A program made the translations under genes and the position numbers. The notes beneath the pieces were generated by a model, which was not told the origin of the DNA, made no database searches, and saw only the letters and a list, made by a program, of their open reading frames with translations. From Planctomycetota bacterium (GTDB lineage Bacteria > Planctomycetota > UBA1135 > UBA2386): 64,000 bases of DNA. Below, piece by piece: positions 20,301-32,400 of the stretch. The stretch lies in NCBI GenBank assembly GCA_046290465.1, contig JBKAGP010000001.1, positions 2,272,001-2,336,000 on the forward strand, read 5' to 3'. Numbering within the stretch: position 1 is the stretch's first letter; each line of letters starts with the position of its first letter.

Positions 20301-23153
20301 GTGTCCAACACCCCCATCGAACAGCTCTACCGCAGGTTCCTCGCCACCGGGGACGAGGCCGCGCTCGAACAGTGGACCCGCCGCTGCCGGCCGACGCTGC
20401 GCCGCCTGGCGCTGCGGCTCGGCGCATCGGCCGAGGACGCCGACGACCTGGTGCAGGAGACGATCGTCGCGGCGATCCACGGCGCCGAGCGCTACGACCC
20501 CGAACGGCCGCTGCTGCCGTGGCTGAAGGGCATCCTGACGTTCCGCGCGGCGCGGCTCGCGCGCAGTGAGGTGCGCCGCCGCGAACACTATCGCAAGAGC
20601 CAGGAGCTGCGGCCCGACACGGAGCCGCCGGTCGACCCGGTCGCCGCCGAACTCGACGCGGACGTGCGCGAGGCGATCGACGACCTGCCGCCGCGCTACC
20701 GCGAGCCGCTCGCCCAGTACCTGCTGGCGCAGCGCAGTCCGCTGGAGATCGCCGAAGCGCTCGGCGTCGAGCGCGCCACCGTGCGCACCCAGCTCCACCG
20801 CGGCCTGCAGCGGCTGCGTGACGCGCTGCGGCGCTGGGCCCTGCTGCTGCTGCTGACGCTGTTCGGCCGACCGGCGCGCGCGGCGGTCACGGCCGCCCTG
20901 CTGGTGCTGACGACGCTGGTGGTGCTCGCGACCGACACGTTGCCGGCGGGCGGCGACCCCGCGCGCCCCGACGCGGCGATCGCCGCCGCGACCACGGCAA
21001 CCACGCGGCCCGGCGACCCGGCCGGCCAACGCGAGACGGCGGCGGCGGCGACGCGCCAGCGGTCGATCGTCGTGGTCGTGCGCGACCTCGACGGCCACCC
21101 GGTCGCAGGCGTCGGCGTCGCCGCCGAACCGCGCTATGGCCACGACCCGGTGCTCGGCCGACGCGAGGCGATCACCGACCAGCGCGGCCGCGCGACCTTC
21201 TACGACCTGCTGTGGGGCGAGCAGCTGGTCAGCACCGACCGCGGCCACCGCACGACGGTCGAGCTGCCCGCCCCCGGCCACGAACGCATCGAATGGACCC
21301 TGCGCGAACGCCGCGTCGTGCAAGGCCGCTGCCTCGATCCGTTCGGCGCGCCGGTGCCGGGCGCCAGGGTCTGGCTGTCCCACGACCACGGTAGCGCCTG
21401 GCGCGGCCAGGACGTCGCGACGACTGATGCGGACGGCCGCTTCCAGCTGCGCGGCGTCACGTTCGGCAGCTTCGTCGCCGCGCGCCACCCGCGCTGGTCG
21501 CGCAGCCAGCCAGTCGCGGTGGCGCATGACGACGTCGCGCTGCAGCTCGGCGAACCGGGCGGTGCGCCGACGATCGACGTCGTCGACGAGCAGGGGCGGC
21601 CGGTGCGCGAAGCGCTGGTGTTCGTCGGCGACGCGATGGACGCCGAGCCGCTGCACCTGGCGCAGCAGGCCGCGCCCCGGCGAGCGCCGCCGTTCCGCCG
21701 CCGCAGCGACGCCGACGGCGTGGCGCGCGCCGACGCGCTGCGGCTCGGCACGCACCCGGTCGCCGTGCGCGCCGCCGGCTACGCGCCGCACCGCGACGTG
21801 CTCGACGTGCTCGGGCCCGGCCCGTTCGGCCACCGCATCGTGCTGCGCAGCTCGCCGATGGTGACCGGTCGCGTCTGTGAGCCCGACGGCACGCCGATCC
21901 GCAACGCGCTCGCCGTGTTCCGCCACGCCGACCCGGCTGCGTCGGTCGACCTCGAACTCGACGAGCAGGGCACGTTCTGCTTCGCCTGCGTGCCGCCCGA
22001 GTCGGGCGAGGTGTTTGCGCGGGCCCCTGGCTACGAGCCCGGCTGCCTGCACGTTCGGGAGTGGCGCCCCCCTGCGCCGCCTTGCATCGTGCTGCAGCGG
22101 CAGCGGGTTCTGCGCGGCGTGCTGCGCGTCGCCGGGGCGCCGTATCAGGGTGCCGAGGTGCGCGCGACCTGGCCGCCGTCGGCGCTGCGCGCCGAGGGGG
22201 TGGTCGCACCGACCGACGCGCGCGGCGCGTTTGCGCTTCCGGCGCAGGGCCCGGGCGAACCGACGATCGCGGTGCGGCTGGTCGGCGAACCGCTGTTCCG
22301 CGAGGTCGAGACGCCGGTGCGCTGGCACGCCGACGAGACCGCAATCGAACTGCCGGCGACGTTCGCCTGCGACAGCTTCGTCGCGGGCGCTTGCCGCAGC
22401 GACGACGGTGCGGCGATCGCCGATGCCGCGGTGTTCGTGCAGCGCGACGGAAGCTGGGCCGAGGTCGGCGCGACCGATGCCGACGGCCGCTACCGGATCG
22501 GCCCGCTGCCCGACGGCGACTACCGCGTGTTCGTCGAGAGCCGGCGGCGCGACCTGCCGACCGTGCACGGCAGCACGTTCCACCTGCCGCGCGGTGCCCA
22601 CCGCGACGAACCGTTGACCGCCGGTGCCACCGGCACCCTCGCGGTGACGCTGGTGCGCGACGACGGCGCGACGATCTCGGACGCGCTGATGACGGTGCAG
22701 CACCGCGACCTGCACCGGCGCTTTTCGATCGCGCACGGACCGAGCTTTGCGCAGCGGCTGGTCGCCGGCGACTACGAGGTCGCGGTGATGGGCAGCCGCT
22801 TCGGGTGGGTCGACGCGCACCCGGTGCAGGTCCTGCCTGGCGAACGGACCGAGGCCCGCATCGTGGTGCGCGCCGCCCATCGCTGCACGCTGGTGCCGAC
22901 CGGGCTGCCGCCCCGGCAGCCGGGGCAGGCGGTGACGTTGTGGCTGCGCGCGCTCGCGCCGCACGCCGAACGGCACGAGTTCACGCTGCTGCCGGACGCG
23001 CCGCTGCGTCTCGGCGCGGTGCTGCCGCCGGACGTCTACCGGCTCGAGTATCCGCGGGCCGACGGCCACCGCTACGTCGGTTCGTTCACGGTCGCGGGCG
23101 TCGCCGACACGCTGGCGCCGCAGTTCGTGCCGATGATCGAGCAGCCGCAGTGA
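20301..23153 (+). CDS. ECF sigma-70 factor fused to a TM segment and carboxypeptidase-regulatory-like (prealbumin-fold) repeats
   Basis: Region 2 DADDLVQET...LPWLKGI, region 4 LPPRYRE...EIAEALGVERATVRTQLHRG, a hydrophobic segment, and repeated GxPVxGA...TDADGRF motifs. Confidence 0.88.
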   Translation: MSNTPIEQLYRRFLATGDEAALEQWTRRCRPTLRRLALRLGASAEDADDLVQETIVAAIHGAERYDPERPLLPWLKGILTFRAARLARSEVRRREHYRKSQELRPDTEPPVDPVAAELDADVREAIDDLPPRYREPLAQYLLAQRSPLEIAEALGVERATVRTQLHRGLQRLRDALRRWALLLLLTLFGRPARAAVTAALLVLTTLVVLATDTLPAGGDPARPDAAIAAATTATTRPGDPAGQRETAAAATRQRSIVVVVRDLDGHPVAGVGVAAEPRYGHDPVLGRREAITDQRGRATFYDLLWGEQLVSTDRGHRTTVELPAPGHERIEWTLRERRVVQGRCLDPFGAPVPGARVWLSHDHGSAWRGQDVATTDADGRFQLRGVTFGSFVAARHPRWSRSQPVAVAHDDVALQLGEPGGAPTIDVVDEQGRPVREALVFVGDAMDAEPLHLAQQAAPRRAPPFRRRSDADGVARADALRLGTHPVAVRAAGYAPHRDVLDVLGPGPFGHRIVLRSSPMVTGRVCEPDGTPIRNALAVFRHADPAASVDLELDEQGTFCFACVPPESGEVFARAPGYEPGCLHVREWRPPAPPCIVLQRQRVLRGVLRVAGAPYQGAEVRATWPPSALRAEGVVAPTDARGAFALPAQGPGEPTIAVRLVGEPLFREVETPVRWHADETAIELPATFACDSFVAGACRSDDGAAIADAAVFVQRDGSWAEVGATDADGRYRIGPLPDGDYRVFVESRRRDLPTVHGSTFHLPRGAHRDEPLTAGATGTLAVTLVRDDGATISDALMTVQHRDLHRRFSIAHGPSFAQRLVAGDYEVAVMGSRFGWVDAHPVQVLPGERTEARIVVRAAHRCTLVPTGLPPRQPGQAVTLWLRALAPHAERHEFTLLPDAPLRLGAVLPPDVYRLEYPRADGHRYVGSFTVAGVADTLAPQFVPMIEQPQ

Positions 23154-23160
23154 TGCGGCG

Positions 23161-24411
23161 CTACTCGTAGCGCAGCGCCTCGACCGGATCGAGGCTGGCC
23201 GCCTTCCACGCCGGCCACAGGCCGAAGAACAGGCCGACGCCACCCGAGCCCGCGAACGCGAAGCCGCGCGCCCAGCCCGGCGTCTGCGCCGCGAGGTCGG
23301 GCATCGCCATGCCGACCAGGTGCAGCAGCCCTTCGGCGACGACCAGGCCGAGCACCCCGCCGATCGCGCACAGCACCATCGCCTCGATCAGGAACTGGCC
23401 GAGGATGTCGCGACGGCGCGCGCCGACGGCCTTGCGCAGGCCGATCTCGCGGGTCCGTTCGCGCACCGACACCAGCATGATGTTCATCACCCCTACGCCG
23501 CCGACCAGGAAGCCGACCGTCGACAGCAGGAACATCACCGCCAGCACCGCGAACACGATGTCGTCGAAGCTCTGGATCAGGCTGTCGGCGGTCGCGAGGT
23601 TGAAGTTGTTCTCCTCGTCCCAGCGCACCCGGCGCCGGCGCCGAAGCACCTGGATGACCTCGTCCTTGCACTGCTCGAGCAACCCGGTCTTCGAACGGAT
23701 CGCGAGGAAGTTGTCGTCGGCGGTCGGGTAGTGGCGCTGCAGCGTCTGGTAGGGCACCAGGAACAGCGCGTCGTCCTCGTTCTCGCCGCCGAACGGCCCC
23801 TCCTTGCGCTTCTCGAGCGTGCCGATCACGTGGTAGCGACGACCGTCGATCAGCACCCGCTTGCCGACGGCGCCGCCGTTGGGGAACAGCGCGTTGTCGA
23901 CCGACGCGCCGAGCACCACCACCGGGCTGCGGTGCCGGTTCTCCTGGTCGGTGAAGAACCGCCCCTCCTTGACGACGCGATGCGCGAGGTCGAGGTCCTC
24001 GGGGTAGACGCCGCGCAGCCGCGGCGAGTCGACCTGTTCGTCGCGGTAGCTGGCGCGCGCCGTGAACGTCGGCGCGTCGACGACCGGCGTCATCAGCTCG
24101 AGCGACGGGCACTGGTCGCGCACCGCCCAGGCGTCGTCGACGGTGATCTTCTTGCGGTTTCGCAGCGAACGGTCCGGCCGGCCGATGTTCACGATCGGCA
24201 TGCGGAACACGTAGATGTTGTTGGTGCCGAACTGCTCGACCTGGTCGACGACCGACTGACGGAAGCCGTTGAGGATCGACGCGACCGTCACCACCAGCAG
24301 CACGCCGATGAAGATGCCGAGCACGGTCAGGAACGACCGGAACCGGTTGGCGAGCAGCGTCTCGAACGCGAGCCGCGTGTTCTCCCAGATCGACAGGACG
24401 AAGCGTCGCAT
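23161..24411 (-). CDS. MacB/FtsX-family ABC transporter permease
   Basis: [57 protein letters not shown]. Confidence 0.95.
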   Translation of the reverse strand: MRRFVLSIWENTRLAFETLLANRFRSFLTVLGIFIGVLLVVTVASILNGFRQSVVDQVEQFGTNNIYVFRMPIVNIGRPDRSLRNRKKITVDDAWAVRDQCPSLELMTPVVDAPTFTARASYRDEQVDSPRLRGVYPEDLDLAHRVVKEGRFFTDQENRHRSPVVVLGASVDNALFPNGGAVGKRVLIDGRRYHVIGTLEKRKEGPFGGENEDDALFLVPYQTLQRHYPTADDNFLAIRSKTGLLEQCKDEVIQVLRRRRRVRWDEENNFNLATADSLIQSFDDIVFAVLAVMFLLSTVGFLVGGVGVMNIMLVSVRERTREIGLRKAVGARRRDILGQFLIEAMVLCAIGGVLGLVVAEGLLHLVGMAMPDLAAQTPGWARGFAFAGSGGVGLFFGLWPAWKAASLDPVEALRYE

Positions 24412-24412
24412 G

Positions 24413-25629
24413 CTATTCGGTCCGCAGCGCCTCGATCGGGTCCAGGCGGGCCGCGCGCTTGGCCGGGCTGATGCCGAAGAACACGCCGATGCCGGTGCAC
24501 ACGAAGAACGCGACCGGCGGCGCCCAGGCCGGGAACTGGGCCGGCAGCGGCGTGTAGTTGCTCAGCAGCCACGACACGCCGAACGCGACCGCGATGCCGA
24601 TCGCGCCGCCGATGCACGACAGCAGCGTCGACTCGATCAAGAACTGCTGCACGATGTCGCGTTGGCGCGCGCCGACCGCCTTGCGCACCCCGATCTCGCG
24701 GGTCCGTTCGATCACCGACACCAGCATGATGTTCATGATCACGATGCCGCCGACCACCAGCGAGATGCCGACGACGAACAGCGCGATGCTGAAGATCGTC
24801 GTGGTCATGCTCTTCCAAAGGTCGTTGATGCCGGCCGCGGTCAGCATGTCGAAGTCGTCCTCGTCCCGCGGGCGCAGATGGTGTCGCGCGCGCAGGATCG
24901 CGCGCACCTCGTCCATGCACTCCTCCATGCGGTCCGAGTCCTCGGCCTGCACGCTGATCCGCACCGAACGGTCGGTGCCGTAGAGCTTGCGGTGCAGGCT
25001 GTAGGGGATCTTGACGAAGTTGTCCTGCGAGAAGCCGAGGAAGCTGCCCTTCTTCACGGCGACGCCGATGACGCGCACCGGCTGCCCCTTGATGCGCAGC
25101 TCCTTGCCGATCGGGTCGACATCGCCGAACAGGTTCTCGACGACGTCGTTGCCGATGAACGCCACCGGCACCGCGCGGTCGTTCTCGAACGGCAGGATGA
25201 TGCGGCCGTCGGCGACCTGGAACGGCTCGATCTCGAGGATCTCCGGGGTCACGCCGCCGACCTCGACGCCCTTGAGCTCGACGTCGCCGCGGCGGATGTC
25301 GGCGCTCGAGCGCACCTGCCACGCGACCTGCCGCGCCGTCTGGCACAGGTCCCGCACCGCGTGCGCGTCCTCGCGCCGCAGCGTCCGGTTCTTGCGGATC
25401 TTGTCGAGGAACTCCTGGCGGTTGGTGACGATGCCGAACCGCTGCACCGTGAACGTGCCGGAGCCGAGGTCGGACAGCTTGTCGGCGACGTACTTGTTGA
25501 GCCCCTCGATCACCGCCGCCGTCGCGACGATCGCCGCGATGCCGATGATCACGCCGAGCAGCGTCAGGAACGAACGCAGCCGGTTCGCCCAGATCGATTC
25601 GACCGCCAGCCGTGTCGCCTCGACGACGT

Positions 25630-25633
<4 letters not shown>
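24413..25633 (-). CDS. MacB/FtsX-family ABC transporter permease
   Basis: [50 protein letters not shown]. Confidence 0.95.
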
Positions 25634-26343
<710 letters not shown>

Positions 26344-26351
26344 GGCGGCTC

Positions 26352-27806
26352 CTACGGCTTCTGCACCGAGATGGCGTTCTTCTGCTTCTTCTGGTCGATC
26401 TCGGCCCGATCCCACTCGCTCAGCTTGCGCAGCTTCTGGTAGGGACCGACGACGACCTCCTCGCCCGGCTGCAGGCCATCGAGCACCTCGATGTCCATGT
26501 CGCCGGTGATGCCGGTCTCGACCGGCCGGAAGCGCGCAACGCCGTCGATCAGCAGGAACACGCCCTCGATCTCCTCCATCTTCTTGCGCGACACCGAGGT
26601 CTCGGCGGCGTGCACCTCCTCGCCCTCGACCGGCCGCGCCGGCACGACCAGCTTGCCGTCGTCGCTGCGCTCGCGCTCGCGAACGGTCAGCGCCTGCAGC
26701 GGCACCACCAGGCAGTCCGTGCGGGTCGCGGTCTCGATCTCCGCGGTCGCGGTGAAGCCGGGCCGCAGTTCTTCGGGCGGGTCGTCGATGCGCACCACCA
26801 CCTTGAACTCCTTGCCCTCCTGGTTGTCCGTCGACAGGATCGGGCTCTGGCCGATCTCGGTGACGACGCCGGTCAGCTTCAGGTCGCGGATCGCGTCGAC
26901 CTCGACCTCGGCCTTGGCGCCGAGCTTGACCGACACGATGTCGGCCTCGTCGACCTCGATCTCGGCCTCGATCACCGACATGTCCGCGATCGTCATCAGC
27001 GTCGCGACCGGGTTGGACTGGATGCCCGGAACCGCGCGTTCGCCCTTCTCGACGTTGCACGCCGTGATCAGGCCCGACAGCGGCGCCTTGATGATCGTCT
27101 TGCTGGCCATGTCCTCGGCCCGCGCCAGCCCGGCCGCCTGCGCCTCGTAGCGGCGCTTCGACGCGTCGCGCACGGCCTTGGCCGCGTCGACCCGCGTCAC
27201 CGCCGCGCGCACGTTGGCCTCGGCCTGCTTGATGCGCGCGTTGGCGAAGTCGAGACGCTGCTCGGCGAGCCGCGCCTCGGCCTTGCTGATCTCGTATTCC
27301 TCGCGCCCGATCAGGCCGCCGTCGAACATCTGCTGCTTGCGCTTGAACGACGACTGCGCCCGCTCTTGCGAGGTCTGCGACTGGCCGGCCTCGACCTTGG
27401 CGTTGGCGAGTGCGGTCTCCTCGGCGGCGAGGTTGGCCTCGGCGGTGGCAACGCCGACCTCCGAGCTGCGCGCGTCGGCGTCGGCCGCCCCGAGCTGGGC
27501 GCGCGCCGAATCGACCTCGGCCTGCAGCTGCAGCGCGTCGAGCTTCAGCAGCACCTGCCCTTCCTGCACTTCGTCACCCTCCTTGACCAGCAGCTCGACG
27601 ATCACGCCGGCGACCTCGGTCTGGATGTCGACGAACTCCTTGGCCTTGATCTCACCGGTGGCCGAGACCAGCGAGCGCAGCAGCGGCACCTTCTCGGCCT
27701 TGGCCACGACCACCCTGGTCGGCGGCGCCGGCTGCATCGACTTCCAGACACCGCCGCCGACGGCGGCGGCCACGAGAACGAGAATGACGACGGTCGAGCG
27801 CTTCAT
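26352..27806 (-). CDS. MacA-like periplasmic adaptor (membrane fusion protein)
   Basis: N-terminal anchor, lipoyl motif [15 protein letters not shown], long coiled coil, [30 protein letters not shown]. Confidence 0.92.
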   Translation of the reverse strand: MKRSTVVILVLVAAAVGGGVWKSMQPAPPTRVVVAKAEKVPLLRSLVSATGEIKAKEFVDIQTEVAGVIVELLVKEGDEVQEGQVLLKLDALQLQAEVDSARAQLGAADADARSSEVGVATAEANLAAEETALANAKVEAGQSQTSQERAQSSFKRKQQMFDGGLIGREEYEISKAEARLAEQRLDFANARIKQAEANVRAAVTRVDAAKAVRDASKRRYEAQAAGLARAEDMASKTIIKAPLSGLITACNVEKGERAVPGIQSNPVATLMTIADMSVIEAEIEVDEADIVSVKLGAKAEVEVDAIRDLKLTGVVTEIGQSPILSTDNQEGKEFKVVVRIDDPPEELRPGFTATAEIETATRTDCLVVPLQALTVRERERSDDGKLVVPARPVEGEEVHAAETSVSRKKMEEIEGVFLLIDGVARFRPVETGITGDMDIEVLDGLQPGEEVVVGPYQKLRKLSEWDRAEIDQKKQKNAISVQKP

Positions 27807-27967
27807 GCGGGGCAGGGGAGAGGGTGCAGGCCCTGTCGTCCGACCGCAAGGGGGCAGTCGGCGGGGCCTCGTGGCCGAAGCCACGGCAAAACCGCCACGC
27901 CAACTCGGGAAACGTCGCCTTCGACGGCGGCAGGGAGCCCCTGGACCGCCCCGTCGACGGGAGCCCG

Positions 27968-28173
27968 AACCCGACCAGGTCGCGTCGCAGCCCTCAACGA
28001 ACGAACGGGTCGGAGAACCTCGGGTCGATCAGGAACGACGGATCCGTCAACGTCCGCAAGAACGCGACCAGGTCGCGTCGCTGCCCTCAACGAACGAACG
28101 GGTCGGAGAACCGCGGGTCTCGCAAGAACGACTCGTCGGTCAGCGTCTCGAGGAACGCGACCAGGTCCCGCCG
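27968..28173 (-). repeat. 93-bp-period duplication of the peroxidase 3' end (two full units plus a partial third)
   Basis: GACCAGGTC anchors at 27973, 28066 and 28159; stop codons at 28087 and 27994. Confidence 0.9.
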
Positions 28174-29385
28174 CGCCCGCGTGTCCATCGGAAAGCCCAG
28201 CGACACCGGCGACGCCGGCGAGTGTAGTGCCCCGCCGAGCATCGGCAGCGTCGCCCCGCCCGACCTGCCGCCCCAGCTTCCGCCACTCTCGGAGCGGCGC
28301 AGCAGCGGGTCCAGCGTCTTGCCGTTGCGCACGCCGCGCGCGTAGAAATCGACGACTTCGGCGAGCGTCCGGAAGCGGCCGTCGTGCATGTAGGGCCCGG
28401 TGACCGCGACGTTGCGCAGCGACGGCGCACGGAACCGGCGCACGTCCGCGTCGCGCCCCGACACGGCCGCGTGGCCGCGATCGCGCCTGCCGCCGCGGTC
28501 TGGCAGGCCGTTGTTGCGCAGGCCGTCGTGGGCAAACACCTGCGGCGTGCCCGGGATGTAGCTGCCGCAGCGACCGTCGACGCGGCCGACATGGCACGCG
28601 GCGCAGCTGTCCCCACCGCCGGTGCCGAAGAACAGCGCCTTGCCGCGGTTCTCCGACGCGGTGAAGTTCGCAAACGGCTGCTTCACGTCGCCGTTCGCCG
28701 CCGCCAGCCCGTCGTCGTAGCGCGAACGATGCGAGACCAGCGCCCGCACGAACGTCGCCAGCGCGATGCCGAGCCGTTCGCGGTCGATGTAGCGGCTCTC
28801 GAAGGCACGGTCGAACAACGCCACGTAGTCCGGATCGCGGCGCAGCACGCGCAGGACCTCGTCGACGTCGTGCCCCATCTCGAGATCGTCCTCGATCGGC
28901 ATCAGCACCATCTGCTCGAGCTTCGCCGCGCGGCCGTCCCAGAACAGCGGGCCCTTGTGGTAGGCGAGGTTGACGATCGGCATCGAGTTGCGGCGCGTGC
29001 GCTTGCCGCGAAAGCCCCGGCTGCGCGCCTGCCCATCGGCGAAGCCGAGCGCCTGCTGGTGGCACGACCCGCACGAGCGCTTGCCGTTCTTCGACAGCCT
29101 GCGGTCGTAGAACAGCACGCGGCCGAGCGTGGCGCGGTGGTCGCGCAGCCGCCGCTGCCTGGCGAGCGTCTCCGCGGACGGCTGGATGCCGCCGCAGCCG
29201 ACCGCCATGCTCACGCCCGGCAGCCGGTCGTCGTAGCAGAACGGCGTCTCGGGCAGGGCCGGGCGAGGCCCGCGCTGCTGGGCGCCGACCGCGCCCGCGA
29301 ACAGGCCGACGACGGCCACGACGATCGCGAGCAGGTTTCTGAGACGTAACGACAAGCGCGACGTCACGGCGGCGGGCGGTCTCAT
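28087..29385 (-). CDS. Diheme cytochrome c peroxidase / MauG superfamily protein
   Basis: LGRVLFYDRRLS, CGSCH, RNSMPI, FWDGRA, CAACH, FRAPSLRNVAVTGPYMHDG; signal peptide present. Confidence 0.93.
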   Translation of the reverse strand: MRPPAAVTSRLSLRLRNLLAIVVAVVGLFAGAVGAQQRGPRPALPETPFCYDDRLPGVSMAVGCGGIQPSAETLARQRRLRDHRATLGRVLFYDRRLSKNGKRSCGSCHQQALGFADGQARSRGFRGKRTRRNSMPIVNLAYHKGPLFWDGRAAKLEQMVLMPIEDDLEMGHDVDEVLRVLRRDPDYVALFDRAFESRYIDRERLGIALATFVRALVSHRSRYDDGLAAANGDVKQPFANFTASENRGKALFFGTGGGDSCAACHVGRVDGRCGSYIPGTPQVFAHDGLRNNGLPDRGGRRDRGHAAVSGRDADVRRFRAPSLRNVAVTGPYMHDGRFRTLAEVVDFYARGVRNGKTLDPLLRRSESGGSWGGRSGGATLPMLGGALHSPASPVSLGFPMDTRARRDLVAFLETLTDESFLRDPRFSDPFVR

Positions 29386-29417
29386 GCCCGCCCTCGCGCA
29401 ACCGCCGTGCCGACCGG

Positions 29418-32400
29418 TTATCGCCCCTGCAGCAGCGCCGCCGCTTCGGCCCGCAGCGCGCGGTCCGGATCCCGCTCCCGCACTTCGGTCAGCGCCACCC
29501 GGCTCGCGGCGACCTCCGACGCATGGGCGGCGAACGCCTGCAGCGCCGTGCGCCGGACCCGCGGGTCGCCATCGGACAGCAGGTCGGTGGCCAGCACCGC
29601 CGCCGGCTCGCTCCACGTCTCGAGCGCGACGAGCCCCTTGGCGGCGCGCAGCCGCACGATCGGCGCCGGATCGCGCCCGAGCGCCAGGATCGTCGGGGTC
29701 GGATCCCCCTGTCCGGCGTCCAGCAGGATGAAGCCGATCCACCGACGCAGTTCGGGGTCGCGGGAGTTCATCCGGCGCGCGACGCGCTCGGCGGCGGGCT
29801 TCGACAGCTGCTGCAGCAGGCGCAGGCCGGCGCCGGCGGTATGCGCGTCGGTCCCGGGGATCGTGCGCACCAGCCACGCAACCTGCTGATCGGCGGGGAT
29901 CTCGCGCATCGCGAGGCTGAGGCCGAGGCCACCGAGGTGGCCGAGCGCGTCCAGCATCGGCTCGCGGGGCCTTTCGGCCAGCAACGGCACGCACGCTTCG
30001 GCGGCGAACTCGGCGCGCGAGCCGGCCGTGCGCATGGCGCGCAGCATCGCGGTCCGCCGCGCTCCACCCGCCTCCAGTTCGCGCACGATGGTCGGCAGCG
30101 CGGCCGGTCCCTGCAGCGTCAGCAGCTCGGTGGCGAAGCCGCGCTGGCCTTCGCTCACGTCGGCGTTCGCCAGCCAGCCACGCAGTTCGTCGAGCACCTC
30201 GGCCGACGGCGGCAGCTGCAGCAGCGGTCGCGACAGGGCGAGCCCGGTCGCGCCGTGCTCGAGCCGTTCGCGCAGCATGCGCACGGGCATCACCTCGACC
30301 AGCAGCGACAGCAGCGAAGGCTTGCGCAGCCGGTCGGCGGTCGGCTTGCGCAACAGGTCGAGCACCAGATCGGCGCGCTGGCGCACGATCGACGCGGTCG
30401 CCGGCAGCGGTCGGCCGGCCGCGGCCGCCTCGAGCACCGACGTCAGCAGTTCGCGCACGTCCTCCTCCGGCACCCGACCGAACGCCTGCTCCATCGCCCG
30501 GGCGAGGCCCGGAGACCTCGACGCGGCGCGCCAGGCCTCGGTGCCCGGCAGCGTGCGCATGCCGCTCTGCCACGCCCCGGCCCACGCGCGCGTCGCGAGC
30601 ACCAGCATGGCGATCCGGCGGCGGGCGGCACCCTCGGTGCGCAGGCCGAGCTGGATCCAGGCCGCCATGCCGGGGTCCCGCGCCAGGTCGCGGCGGTTGT
30701 AGCGGTCGAGCACCGCGAGGTAGTCCGCCTCGGCGAAGTCGTCGTGTTCGTCCCCGAGTGCCGCCACCGCCGGCAACAGCTCCGCACGGCGCTCGGGCAC
30801 CGCCCACTCGGCCTCGATCGCGTCCTTCATCGCCGCGAACTGCGGGTGCGTCGGCTCGATGCCGATCGCGAAGATCGCGCCGGCCGCATCCGAGGCGTGG
30901 TCGGTGCGCAGCGCCGCCACCATGCGCGGCAGGAACTCGCGCCCCGCGGCGCCGAGCAATCCGGCCGCCTTGAGCGCCCACGCGTGGTTGCGCGGATCGT
31001 CGAACGCCGCGCGCACCAGGCCGGCGGCGGGCTCCCCCGCCATCGTCAGCGACAGCATCGTGTTGGCGCGGGAACTGGCCAGCACCTCGCGCCAGGTGTC
31101 CGGATGCTGCGCCAGCGCGCGCGCGCAGCGAACCACGTCCGATGGCGCGAACCCGGCGCGCGTCGGCGCGACCAGGACCGACAAGGCCTGCAGCACGACC
31201 GCCGGTTCCGGTGCCTCGAGCAGCTCGAGCGCACGCTGGCGCGACGGGCGCTGTCCGAGCAGCGCGAGCAGCCGCCGCTGGTGCCGGTTGCCACCGCGCC
31301 GCAGCTGCTGCCGCTGCTGCTGCCAGTCCTTGGCGGCGAGCCGCTGCAGCTCCGCGAACGCCGTCGAGCGCGCCCCGACCTCGTCGCTGCCGAGCCTCGC
31401 CAGCAACTGCTGCAGACGCTGGCGCGCGTCGGCCTCGACCTCGGCGAGGGCCGGAATGTCCTCGGCGTCGACGATGCCCTTCTCGAGCAGGATCTTGCGC
31501 AGCAGCGGGTTGCGGGCCGCCCTCTCGAGCAACGCGGCGTTCGGCCGCTGCCGCTCCGGGGCCTTCGCCCGCGGCTCGTCGACGGCCAGCGCGGTGCCCT
31601 GCCAGAGCTGCTCGCCGTGGCCGAGGAACCGCGCGTTGCCCAGCACCCGCCGGCACAGCTGCTCGTCGGCGCGCCCGGCGTCGAAGTCGCTGCGCAGGTT
31701 GCGGCGCAGCCAGCCCGTCCACCGCCCCCGGTTCGCCAACCTGACGATCGCCGCCTCCTCCGCCGGGGTGACGCGCGCGGTGGTCCGGCGCAGCAGGCCG
31801 TAGGCCGCGAGCACGCGGCGGTCGTCGCGGTCGCGAACCAGCCCCGCGAGCGGGGCCTCGTCGTCGCCGCGCATCCGCGGCAACAGCTGCGCGACCTCGT
31901 GGCGCACGGTCGCAGCAGAATCCGAGGCCATCGCCGCGATCTTGGCGATGCCGGCCTCGTCGGTGCCGACCACCGCCGACAGCTGCACCGCGAACGTGCG
32001 CACGTCGTCGCGCTGGTGCGCCAGCAGCCGCGGCAGGGCCGCGCGCAGTTCGGACAGCGAACCCGCGTTGAGCAGCGCGTCGAGCAACGGCACGCTGACG
32101 GCCTCGTCGCGCGTCAGGTGCACTGCAAGCGCGGCGCGGGTCTCGTCGAGCCGGTGTGTCGCGGCGGCGACGACGCCGGCGACCGCCAGCAATTGCTCCG
32201 GCCGGGCCTGCCGCACGAACGCGAGCACGTCGTCGAACACCCCCGGGTGCGTTGGCTGCATCGCCATCGCCAGCGCCACCAGTTCGCCCGACAGCCGCGA
32301 GGAGCCGAGGCCCTTGCGCAGCTCCGGCCAGTGCTGCCCCATCAGGTCCGGACGCTTCGACAGCGCGCGCAGCGCCAGCGTCGACTGGGTGCCGTTGCCG

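Noticed and set aside
27880..27960. c-di-GMP-I riboswitch-like GGCAAA...GAAA sequence
   Set aside because: It is on the wrong strand relative to the adjacent operon and lacks the second conserved stem and GCAAAG element.
28084..28089. Selenocysteine read-through at the peroxidase TGA
   Set aside because: The TGA follows the normal family C-terminus (FSDPF), is not in a redox motif, and has no convincing SECIS-like hairpin.
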